Shown one piece after another: positions 27,344 through 34,981 of a DNA stretch of 64,000 nucleotides (the stretch's first letter is position 1; every line of letters begins with the position of its first letter). The stretch covers positions 259 to 64,258 of the forward strand of contig JAEMRK010000002.1 in the NCBI GenBank assembly GCA_016463375.1, given 5' to 3'. The translations under genes were made by a program, and so were the position numbers. Source of the stretch: Parachlamydiales bacterium. Lineage in GTDB: Bacteria; Chlamydiota; Chlamydiia; Chlamydiales; JAEMRK01. The notes under the pieces were generated by a model, which saw only the letters and a list, made by a program, of their open reading frames with translations, was not told the origin of the DNA and made no database searches.

Positions 27344-27481
27344 TCTTAAAATGCAAAAAAAACAGCTATCTTCAAAATAGTCCCCTATACATATTAGAAA
27401 GCTGATTATTTAGCTAAAAAAAAATGATCTAGATATTAGTTTAAAAATTAAGTTAACTTTCACACTTATAGTGGACTATCA

Positions 27482-27904
27482 ATGTTTTTTAAAGCCGATT
27501 CTTTATTACCATTATCCGAATTAATATCTTATTTAAAGGCTCCTCCAGAACCAGAAGTTGTCAAATGTATAACAATTAAAACAGTTGATGATACTAATAA
27601 AATTAAAGGTGGCCAAGTTACAATCGAGCACATGGAATTTTCAAAAAATATTATCGATTTAAAAATTAGTTACTACGCCTGTAAGCCTTGCGAAGTCTGT
27701 TTTCAATCGACACTAAAACCAATAGGCACAGTTATAGAAATATTTATAAACACCAAAGAAACTAGTGTGATTTCAGGAAAGATTATAAAAGAAAACTTCC
27801 AGTGCCAACTACCTATTAATATCTTTCATTTTGGCATTCATATCGAATTTTTCACATTAAATCAATTTAATCAAAAGACTTTAATACAAAAACTTTCAAT
27901 GTAA
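27482..27904 (+). CDS. Hypothetical protein (orphan, 140 aa)
   Basis: ORF only. No signal peptide, TM segment or recognisable motif. AT-rich. Confidence 0.35.
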   Translation: MFFKADSLLPLSELISYLKAPPEPEVVKCITIKTVDDTNKIKGGQVTIEHMEFSKNIIDLKISYYACKPCEVCFQSTLKPIGTVIEIFINTKETSVISGKIIKENFQCQLPINIFHFGIHIEFFTLNQFNQKTLIQKLSM

Positions 27905-28031
27905 TTAATTGTTATTCTTATTAGACTGTGGCCACTTATCGGGGCTGTATTGGGAATAGTTATATTCGATATAAAAATTATTAAAAGAAAATCAACTATT
28001 ATTTGCTACAAAAAACATTAATTAGGAATTT

Positions 28032-28337
28032 ATGGACTCTTATACCAACAACTATTACCCACCATCATCAAACAACTATAATCCACCTTCATACAGCTCG
28101 GCAGAAATCTCTAGTCGAGTCAAATTCAAGTCAAAACCAACTACAGTGATCTCGCTAATTGCTTCTGCTCTATGGTTTGGCTCTATAGGGACCCTAATCA
28201 CTTGCAAAATCTTGAATGTTACAAAAATAGCATCGTTATCAGTATCGCCAGTTTGTTTTGCAGGCATAGGTATATCACTTGCACTAACCGTTATTTCATT
28301 GGCTATGATCACATTTAGAATAAAAAGATCTAGTTGA
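28032..28337 (+). CDS. Small membrane protein with bilobed hydrophobic domain (candidate Inc-like protein)
   Basis: An N-terminus of about 35 aa is rich in S/N/P/Y and low in complexity (YTNNYYPPSSNNYNPPSYSS). Two hydrophobic helices follow, separated by about 10 residues (TVISLIASALWFGSIGTLITCKIL ... SPVCFAGIGISLALTVISLAMITF), then a short basic tail. A terminator hairpin follows the gene. Confidence 0.45.
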   Translation: MDSYTNNYYPPSSNNYNPPSYSSAEISSRVKFKSKPTTVISLIASALWFGSIGTLITCKILNVTKIASLSVSPVCFAGIGISLALTVISLAMITFRIKRSS

Positions 28338-28350
28338 TGTAACAAGGGAT

Positions 28351-28373
28351 ATGGCCGCTAGAATAGCGGCCAT
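28351..28373 (+). terminator. Terminator hairpin between the convergent small ORF and frr
   Basis: ATGGCCGC-TAGAATA-GCGGCCAT perfect 8-bp GC-rich stem (28351-28373) followed by GAATTTTT. Lies between stops at 28337 (+) and 28380 (-). Confidence 0.6.
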
Positions 28374-28379
28374 GAATTT

Positions 28380-28931
28380 TTAAACTTCGAGAATATCTTT
28401 TTCTTTTTGAACAACAACGTCTTCAATTTCTTTGCAAAATTTATCTGTCAGTTCTTGAATTTGCTTTTCTTGTTTTTTCATTAGATCTTCTGGAATATCG
28501 CCAGCAGCTTTTTGTTTTTTGATCAGCTCGTTGCAATCACGTCTTGTATTGCGAATGTTCACTTTGCTCTCTTCGCCTTTCTTCTTAGTCTGTTTGACCA
28601 TCTCTTGACGAAGTTTAGAATCCATTGGAGGAATAGTGATACGAATCAATGTTTTGTCGTTAACAGGTTGTAATCCAAGATTGGATTTTTCAATCGCTTT
28701 ACTAACAGCTGGTATATTGCTCGGATCAAAAGGAGTGACCACTAATGCGCGAGGTTCTGGCGCAGAAATATTAGCGATATTTTTTAATTTAACTTTAGCA
28801 CCGTAAATCTCAGCTTCAATGCCATCTAGCATTGCTGGATTAGCACGTCCGCTACGAATCCCTTTCAAATCAGTTTTCAAATGCTCGATTGTAGTCTGCA
28901 TTTTTTGTTTGGCATCATCTAATACGCTCAT
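28380..28931 (-). CDS. frr: Ribosome recycling factor
   Basis: Typical RRF length (183 aa) and sequence (LKGIRSGRANPAMLDGIEAEIYGAKVKLKNIANIS...IRNTRRD). Sits in the conserved rpsB-tsf-pyrH-frr order. Confidence 0.95.
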   Translation of the reverse strand: MSVLDDAKQKMQTTIEHLKTDLKGIRSGRANPAMLDGIEAEIYGAKVKLKNIANISAPEPRALVVTPFDPSNIPAVSKAIEKSNLGLQPVNDKTLIRITIPPMDSKLRQEMVKQTKKKGEESKVNIRNTRRDCNELIKKQKAAGDIPEDLMKKQEKQIQELTDKFCKEIEDVVVQKEKDILEV

Positions 28932-28944
28932 ACTCTTCTCCTAA

Positions 28945-29661
28945 TTAGCTTTGAGATGGAACAATAAGTGTTCCTATATCTTGAGAAAATACCGCTTTTT
29001 TCAAGCTATCCTCAGCAAATACATCAAAAACAAGAATCGGTAGTTTATTGTCCATACACAAGGCTGCAGCTGGTGCATCCATGACTGCTAACCGACTTTG
29101 TAACATTTCTTGATGTGTTAATTTTTCAAATTTTTTAGCATCATTATGCTTTACAGGATCTTTATCGTATACGCCATCAACTTTAGTCGCCTTCAATAAA
29201 ATATCTGCTTTGATTTCGACGGCTCTTAAAGCAGCAGCTGTATCTGTCGAAAAATAAGGTAGACCTGTGCCGCCAACCATGATGACAACTTCACCATTTT
29301 GTAAATAATCAATGGCTTTTTCCCATTGGTAACTTTCTGTAATTCCTGGGCAATTGAGGGCATTTAAAACACGTGCTTTGCCACCGTTAGAAAGAATCGC
29401 TTGTTGTAGCGTCAATCCGTTGATCATTGTACCTATCATACCAATTTGGTCTGCGGGAATACGCTCCATGCCAGCTAATGAGCCTTGAAAACCACGGAAA
29501 ATATTTCCACCACCAACAACAATACCCACTTGAATACCTTGATTGGATAAAGTAGCGATCGCACAAGCGACATCCTTACAAATTCCTTGATCCATTCCAA
29601 ATTTTTGGGCGCCCATTAAAGCTTCACCAGACAATTTCAACAACACTCGACGGTACTTCAA
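28945..29661 (-). CDS. pyrH: UMP kinase
   Basis: RVLLKLSGEAL, VVGGGNIFRG and GVYDKDP motifs. TTG start with AAGGAG 8 nt upstream. Confidence 0.95.
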   Translation of the reverse strand: MKYRRVLLKLSGEALMGAQKFGMDQGICKDVACAIATLSNQGIQVGIVVGGGNIFRGFQGSLAGMERIPADQIGMIGTMINGLTLQQAILSNGGKARVLNALNCPGITESYQWEKAIDYLQNGEVVIMVGGTGLPYFSTDTAAALRAVEIKADILLKATKVDGVYDKDPVKHNDAKKFEKLTHQEMLQSRLAVMDAPAAALCMDNKLPILVFDVFAEDSLKKAVFSQDIGTLIVPSQS

Positions 29662-29688
29662 TCTTTACTCCTTATTGCATTTTGATAC

Positions 29689-29714
29689 AAAAAAAGGGGG
29701 CTTAAAAGCCCCCT
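29689..29714 (-). terminator. Rho-independent terminator/attenuator between tsf and pyrH
   Basis: On the minus strand: GGGGGC-TTTTAA-GCCCCC (29713-29696) followed by 7 T (29695-29689), starting 7 nt after the tsf stop. Confidence 0.75.
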
Positions 29715-29720
29715 TATATT

Positions 29721-30575
29721 TTAAACCGCTTCGCCTACTTGCCAGCGAATAAATCGCTTTAGAGTAAGTGTCTTACCGACTTCTTTACCCCGTTTTTCAA
29801 CGAGTTGAGTAATTGATAAGGAAGGATCCTTAATAAACTTCTGACGTGCCAAGCAGACTTGGTCGTAAAAGGCATTAAGTTTGCCCTGTACGATTTTTTC
29901 GATTACGTTTTCTGGCTTGCCTTGCACTTGAGCGCGACCAATGTCTTCTTCTTGTGCTTTGACTTCTGCTGGAACTTCAGATTCGACTAAATACTGTGGA
30001 GCTTCAGCAGCAGCATGCATTGCAATATCTTTGCAAAGAGCTTCTTCACCAGTTGCACCAGTAATCTCTACAACAGATGCTATTTTACCACCCATGTGTA
30101 GATAGACTGCAACGGAATTATCATCAGTTTTGGGGATGATCGCAAAACGTTGAATTTTGAGATTTTCGCCTAAGCTGTGTACTATAGTTGCACGATACTG
30201 ATCGATTGTCAAAGAGGTGTCTTGAGACGCTTTTTGACTCAAGAAACTATCGATAGACTGAGGATTTGTATTAGCAATTTCTGTTGCCATTTCACGAAGA
30301 AAATGCTGGAATTTTTCGTTTTTAACAACGAAGTCTGTTTCAGCATTAATTTCGACAATAGCAATTGCTTTATCTGTCTCAGCAGTGCCAATAGCACCCT
30401 CTTTAGTTTCGCGGCCTTCTTTCTTTACTGCTTGAGCAATACCGGCTTTACGAAGATTGGAAATAGCCAACTCCATATCACCTTTTGCTTCTTCAAGAGC
30501 TTCTTTACATTTGCCCATGCCTACACCAGTACGCACACGCAACTCTTTGACCATTGCTGCAGTAACTTGCGTCAT
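29721..30575 (-). CDS. tsf: Translation elongation factor Ts
   Basis: N-terminal UBA-like motif VKELRVRTGVGMGKCKEALEEAKGDMELA and the EINAETDFV motif. The ATG overlaps the rpsB stop (ATGA). Confidence 0.95.
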   Translation of the reverse strand: MTQVTAAMVKELRVRTGVGMGKCKEALEEAKGDMELAISNLRKAGIAQAVKKEGRETKEGAIGTAETDKAIAIVEINAETDFVVKNEKFQHFLREMATEIANTNPQSIDSFLSQKASQDTSLTIDQYRATIVHSLGENLKIQRFAIIPKTDDNSVAVYLHMGGKIASVVEITGATGEEALCKDIAMHAAAEAPQYLVESEVPAEVKAQEEDIGRAQVQGKPENVIEKIVQGKLNAFYDQVCLARQKFIKDPSLSITQLVEKRGKEVGKTLTLKRFIRWQVGEAV

Positions 30576-31423
30576 ACGAGCTCCTTGTTATCTTCTACGA
30601 TTTCGTTGATAAGTGAATCTTTACCACTTCCATCTTCGTCACCTTTATTAGCTACAATACGCATTGTTGACTTTTGCTCAATAATAGCTGTAGTTAGAGA
30701 TTGAAGAATAAGTTTAACACTTTTCAAGGCGTCATCGTTACATGGAATAACGTAGTCGATAGGATCTGGATCACAGTTAGTATCGACTAAAGCCATGATA
30801 GGAATACCTAATTTCTTGGCTTCTGCAACAGCAATGTGCTCACGACTAGGATCAACAACGATTAACAGTCCTGGAGGTTTGCGCATTGGGCGGATACCTG
30901 ACAAGTTACGGTTAAGCTTGATTTGCTCTTTAGTCAACAAAGACATTTCTTTTTTAGTGAGGCCATCACCACCAGAAGCAATACGTTTTTCAATACGCTC
31001 TAGTGTCTTAATCGAATTACGAATTGTTTGAAGGTTTGTTAACATACCCCCAAGCCAGCGTTCAGAAACGTAGAATTCATCACATTGTTCTGCGCATTCA
31101 CGAATAACGCCTTTAGCTTGTTTTTTTGTTCCAACAAACAAGATTGATTTGTATGAACCGACAACATCTTTTACAACGCTTAAACACATACGAATTTGTT
31201 GTAGTGTTTTAGCCAAATCGATGATGTATAAACCGTTACGTTCTTCAAAGATGTAACGTTTCATTTTTGGATTCCAGCGACGCTTTTGGTGACCAAAATG
31301 CGCACCGGCTTCTAATAACTCTTTAATTGTAGTCTCAGCCAAGCCTTGTCCCTTTTTTGGTTTGACGACGGCATCTTTCGATAACGAAAGATTTCGGTCT
31401 TGGTTATACATTCTTTTTTTCAT
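30572..31423 (-). CDS. rpsB: 30S ribosomal protein S2
   Basis: LLEAGAHFGHQKRRWNPKM, GGMLTN and VDPSREHIAVAEAKKLGIP motifs. It has an N-terminal extension of about 30 aa and an acidic C-terminal tail relative to E. coli S2, so the exact start is uncertain. Confidence 0.95.
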   Translation of the reverse strand: MKKRMYNQDRNLSLSKDAVVKPKKGQGLAETTIKELLEAGAHFGHQKRRWNPKMKRYIFEERNGLYIIDLAKTLQQIRMCLSVVKDVVGSYKSILFVGTKKQAKGVIRECAEQCDEFYVSERWLGGMLTNLQTIRNSIKTLERIEKRIASGGDGLTKKEMSLLTKEQIKLNRNLSGIRPMRKPPGLLIVVDPSREHIAVAEAKKLGIPIMALVDTNCDPDPIDYVIPCNDDALKSVKLILQSLTTAIIEQKSTMRIVANKGDEDGSGKDSLINEIVEDNKELV

Positions 31424-31469
31424 TAAAGGCCCATGCTCTTAATGAAATAAAAGGAATTTAACGACCGAG

Positions 31470-31498
31470 ATTATATGGGATAAAATGAATTAAAACAA
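31470..31498 (-). promoter_or_regulatory. Candidate sigma70/66-type promoter for rpsB-tsf
   Basis: On the minus strand: TTGTTT (31498-31493), a 17-nt spacer, then TATAAT (31475-31470), about 45 nt upstream of the rpsB ATG. Confidence 0.4.
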
Positions 31499-31516
31499 GG
31501 AAAGGACAAGAAAATT

Positions 31517-31587
31517 AGCGCCTGATCAGAATCGAACTGACACAAGTAGCTTGGAAGGCTACTGTTCTACCATTGAACTACAGGCGC
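31517..31587 (-). tRNA. tRNA-Gly (anticodon UCC)
   Basis: The reverse complement is GCGCCTG TA GTTC AATGGTA GAAC A GTAGC CTTCCAA GCTAC TTGTG TCAGT TCGATTC TGATC? CAGGCGC T. Acceptor stem GCGCCTG/CAGGCGC, anticodon loop CTTCCAA, discriminator U as usual for Gly. No encoded CCA. Confidence 0.88.
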
Positions 31588-31658
31588 AATGAAGAAAAAG
31601 TATGCTACTCAAACGCCGAATTTCGGTAAAGTCTTGTTATTCATGAATAGGAGAAAAA

Positions 31659-33017
31659 ATGCATTCTTTAAGAACACCATTAAGCGAATCGGTCATTTGG
31701 CAATGGCAAAAAGCGGGATATCAAAATTTGGGTACTAAGGCTTGGACAGAAGGTGGAGTCCCTTTTTACCTGACAAACCATCCTAAAATTGCTCAAAAGT
31801 ACGCACAAATCGCCTTAATGTATTTGTTAGAGAATAAAAATATTTTAAACTCCAGTGAGCCTCTGATTTTTTTGGAGTTAGGAAGCGGTCTTGGTAAGCT
31901 TAGTTTTTATTTGCTTCAAGAAATCTCGAAATGGGTAACTCAAGGACTGTTAAAAGATTTTTCTATTAAGTACATTATTAGTGATATTTCAGAAAAAAAC
32001 TGCCAGTTTTGGCAAAACCACAAAGCTTTTAAACCATTTATAGATCAAGGCATTTTAGATTTTGCTCTATTTGACCCCACACAAGATGATATTTTACTCA
32101 CTTTAAACAACGAGCAAATACTATTAAAAAATAACCCACTAATTGTTTTTGCTAACTACTATTTCGATTCCATACCCCAAGATATTTATTTAGTTAAAGA
32201 CCATAGAGTATACCAAGGCGAACTTGACGTAGAAGCTGATACAGCTAGTGAAAATCCTCTGTTGGAAAAAGAATTACCTTATCAATTAATTTTTGATCAG
32301 ATGATCTGCCCGCCATTTGAAATTGAACGCCTTATGGAACTAATCCCTAATTCAAGTTACATAACATATCCTACAGCTGGATTTCAAACATTAGAGAATT
32401 TAAAAAAAATCTGTAACAGCAATATTCTAATGCTAACTGGTGATAAAGCCCAATTCAACCACAAACAAATGGATTGGAAAAAGCAACCACCTATCACCTT
32501 TCACACAACGGTTTCCTTCACAGTCAATTTCGAATTATTAAAAATGCGTTGTTTGGACCAACATGGTTTTGTTTGCCTGCCCCAGCACTTTGATGAATTA
32601 TTTAGTATTGCTTTATTGCAGTGGGGGCCATCTTTTAGCGTTGCATCAGCATCTAAAACATACGAAGATTTTGATCATTGGAGTTTGCAAAATCACAACT
32701 CAATGCTTGATTTTTTAGAAAAAAAAGAACAGCCAACACTTGGTGAGTTAAATCTTCTTTTAAAATTTGATAGCTTTGATCCCTTTAACTTTTTCTTTTA
32801 TAACGAAAAAATTAAACAAGCGTTGAAGCACGCCAGTTTTAGAGAAAAAGAAGATTTAATTTTTGCAATACAAACAGCAAAAAAACTGTTTTTTGCGACT
32901 AAAAAAGAAGAGGCCATATTGTTAGTAAATATGGCCTCTCTTCTTTTAACACTAAATCAGCAACTTGATGCTTTTGTATTGTTAAAAGAAGCTGCAGAAC
33001 TCAACAGTGAATTTTAA
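31659..33017 (+). CDS. Putative SAM-dependent methyltransferase, MidA/NDUFAF7-like (Methyltransf_28), with helical C-terminal extension
   Basis: Class-I SAM motif I IFLELGSGLGKLSFYLLQEI and the family-typical ANEFFDALP-like motif LIVFANYYFDSIPQDIY. An N-terminal PFYLTNHPKIAQKY resembles the DFITSPEISQ.F motif. This is a recollection-based match, not verified. Confidence 0.5.
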   Translation: MHSLRTPLSESVIWQWQKAGYQNLGTKAWTEGGVPFYLTNHPKIAQKYAQIALMYLLENKNILNSSEPLIFLELGSGLGKLSFYLLQEISKWVTQGLLKDFSIKYIISDISEKNCQFWQNHKAFKPFIDQGILDFALFDPTQDDILLTLNNEQILLKNNPLIVFANYYFDSIPQDIYLVKDHRVYQGELDVEADTASENPLLEKELPYQLIFDQMICPPFEIERLMELIPNSSYITYPTAGFQTLENLKKICNSNILMLTGDKAQFNHKQMDWKKQPPITFHTTVSFTVNFELLKMRCLDQHGFVCLPQHFDELFSIALLQWGPSFSVASASKTYEDFDHWSLQNHNSMLDFLEKKEQPTLGELNLLLKFDSFDPFNFFFYNEKIKQALKHASFREKEDLIFAIQTAKKLFFATKKEEAILLVNMASLLLTLNQQLDAFVLLKEAAELNSEF

Positions 33018-33460
33018 AGTGAGCGTCCGGGAATAACCTCAACAGAAAAACTGACTTGATCACGAAGAACTGAATTATCTCGTCCTTCTACGAAATAGGC
33101 ATAAGTGTAAGTTCCAACTGCTGTGTCTGAAGGCACATAAAGAGCAATTTGTTGTTCTTGAGCTGCGCTTATTCCTAAATAGAAATTGAGTTCGTCAGGA
33201 AGAGGTATTGCTGAGTAATCATCAGTTGTTATTCGTCCAACAAAGTTTTCGCCTTCTGATTGTTGATTGTGCACAGTTATTGAAAAATAAGCTGTGCCAC
33301 CAGCTGGTACTCTTTGAGTTTCAGGGCTTGTTAAACGCACTGCTACACCATAGCTATTTCCCGATTGCGCCTTAACAAAGGTTGGAATGAATAATGCAGT
33401 GACTACAATAAAAAAAACTGCCCAACGATATCTCAAGGGTTGAAATGCATTCATGGCCAT
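33014..33460 (-). CDS. Small secreted beta-sandwich (NEW3/CARDB-like) protein
   Basis: Signal/anchor sequence (WAVFFIVVTALFIPTFVKA). A single ~110-aa domain follows with an alternating beta pattern (PAGGTAYFSITVHNQ...IALYVPSDTAVGTYTYAYFVEG...VSFSVEVIP). Its stop overlaps the convergent gene's stop within TTAA (33014-33017). Confidence 0.45.
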   Translation of the reverse strand: MAMNAFQPLRYRWAVFFIVVTALFIPTFVKAQSGNSYGVAVRLTSPETQRVPAGGTAYFSITVHNQQSEGENFVGRITTDDYSAIPLPDELNFYLGISAAQEQQIALYVPSDTAVGTYTYAYFVEGRDNSVLRDQVSFSVEVIPGRSL

Positions 33461-33508
33461 GCTCCTATCAGTAATATGATTGTCAGCACGTTAAATTATT
33501 TTATATAA

Positions 33509-34864
33509 TTAGGAAAGTCCATTTAAGGCCCTCAAAGCAATTGTTTCTGGTATCACCAGTCGATTTAATAATTGGTGTATGCGATGCCTTTTTAAAAACT
33601 TGGGCGTGTAATCTCGCCGTTTGGCAATTATTGATGCATTAAACCGGCACCGATTAAAGATCTTTGGAAGATCATCCAAATTTTTTCCTTTTAAATAGCT
33701 TTGGTTAATGGCATCGATAACTTGTTGAAAATCTTTGGTCATAAGAATTTGTAGTTTTATTTCAAGCGGAGTTAATGACTCAGATTTAACCAAAAGATTG
33801 CCCATTGCTTGTGCCGTAGAAGCTACTAACATGCGAAACATTTTATCGGTATATTGAGTTGCAAAAAAATTAATAGTTTGTTTTTTGGTCTGACAATATT
33901 TTGCATGAAAAGACTCATTTACAGACCATTTAACTTCATTGGCAATTTTATCAATGCATTGACGAATTGTCTGCCCTTTCTCAACAATTTTTTTAGCCTC
34001 AAAACATATAGCTAATGCTTGCTGCAGAATTAAAATAAGCGTCTTATCACGCCACATTCGCTCTTGCTTAAATAATCCAGGATCTAATTTTAAAAATTCA
34101 TAGTATTCTCTTAAGAATTTGACATCTGACTTTTCAACCAAATGATCGTTCATTGCATAGCTAAATAAAGTGATGTCTCTTTGGTAATCTCTTTCTAAAG
34201 CTAGATTTTCATCACAATTGTGTTCATAGGTTTGTTGAATCTTACTTTGGACTAATGGGTGTTGATAACGAAAATGATCATGTTGTAAATCATGTTGACG
34301 AGTTGAATAATAATTTTTACACAATTGTCTAATTTGATCTTGGCTGTAATTGGAATATTCAAATTTTTCAGCGAGATCATTAAATTTGACACTAACGGTA
34401 CGGCTGATGTGGATTAAATTTTTAGAGAGATCTTTAGTATAAACTGTGTGGGTTAACCTAAAAAATATGTGAGCGATAAACCTTTTAATACGTTGTATTG
34501 ATGACAAAAAATTTGGGGAAACTAAATTGTTGTATTCATTCAATAAATCCAAGTGATCAATGACTATCTGATGAGAGCTGTTTTTATTAATTAATTTTAC
34601 GTTTTCTAAAATAGATGACTCATTGTTTTTTAAATTTATCCCATTCAAGGTGTATGAAAAAAAATTATTAAAAAAACTATTTATATGACTAATAACTGGT
34701 ATTCGAATAACGGTTTTATAATTATGGGGAACTATCTTATGGCGTTGGTTTGAGACAAAATTGTCAATACATTGGATAGCTGATTCTAATTCATTTGATA
34801 AAGAGATTGTTGCTGTAGTGTCTTGTACCGAACTTAATTGACCTATTTTTCCACTCATAAACAT
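33509..34864 (-). CDS. Hypothetical protein (orphan, 451 aa, soluble)
   Basis: Long uninterrupted ORF in a very AT-rich stretch. No signal peptide, TM segment or catalytic motif that I can recognise (no Fic, kinase, HExxH, GxSxG or CxxC signatures). Confidence 0.5.
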   Translation of the reverse strand: MFMSGKIGQLSSVQDTTATISLSNELESAIQCIDNFVSNQRHKIVPHNYKTVIRIPVISHINSFFNNFFSYTLNGINLKNNESSILENVKLINKNSSHQIVIDHLDLLNEYNNLVSPNFLSSIQRIKRFIAHIFFRLTHTVYTKDLSKNLIHISRTVSVKFNDLAEKFEYSNYSQDQIRQLCKNYYSTRQHDLQHDHFRYQHPLVQSKIQQTYEHNCDENLALERDYQRDITLFSYAMNDHLVEKSDVKFLREYYEFLKLDPGLFKQERMWRDKTLILILQQALAICFEAKKIVEKGQTIRQCIDKIANEVKWSVNESFHAKYCQTKKQTINFFATQYTDKMFRMLVASTAQAMGNLLVKSESLTPLEIKLQILMTKDFQQVIDAINQSYLKGKNLDDLPKIFNRCRFNASIIAKRRDYTPKFLKRHRIHQLLNRLVIPETIALRALNGLS

Positions 34865-34981
34865 TCCGAAATTAAGGATTAACTAATATTTTCAATCACC
34901 AAATCAATGAGCCTAACGAAAGCTTGCCATCCAACTTCATCTGGATTATGTTTACGCTTAAAACTACCCTTTAAGTAAATC

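Noticed and set aside
27108-28380. Idea that the orphan ORFs next to tRNA-Glu/Lys (and those next to tRNA-Gly at 31517-34864) are tRNA-integrated genomic islands
   Set aside because: The orphan genes lie on the 5' side of the minus-strand tRNAs, not at their 3' ends. There is no integrase, no direct repeat of a tRNA 3' segment and no mobility gene in the window.
30177-30704. 175-aa plus-strand ORF spanning the tsf/rpsB junction
   Set aside because: It is antisense to two highly conserved translation genes. Its composition is Cys/Phe/Ser-rich and low in complexity, typical of antisense frames in AT-rich DNA.
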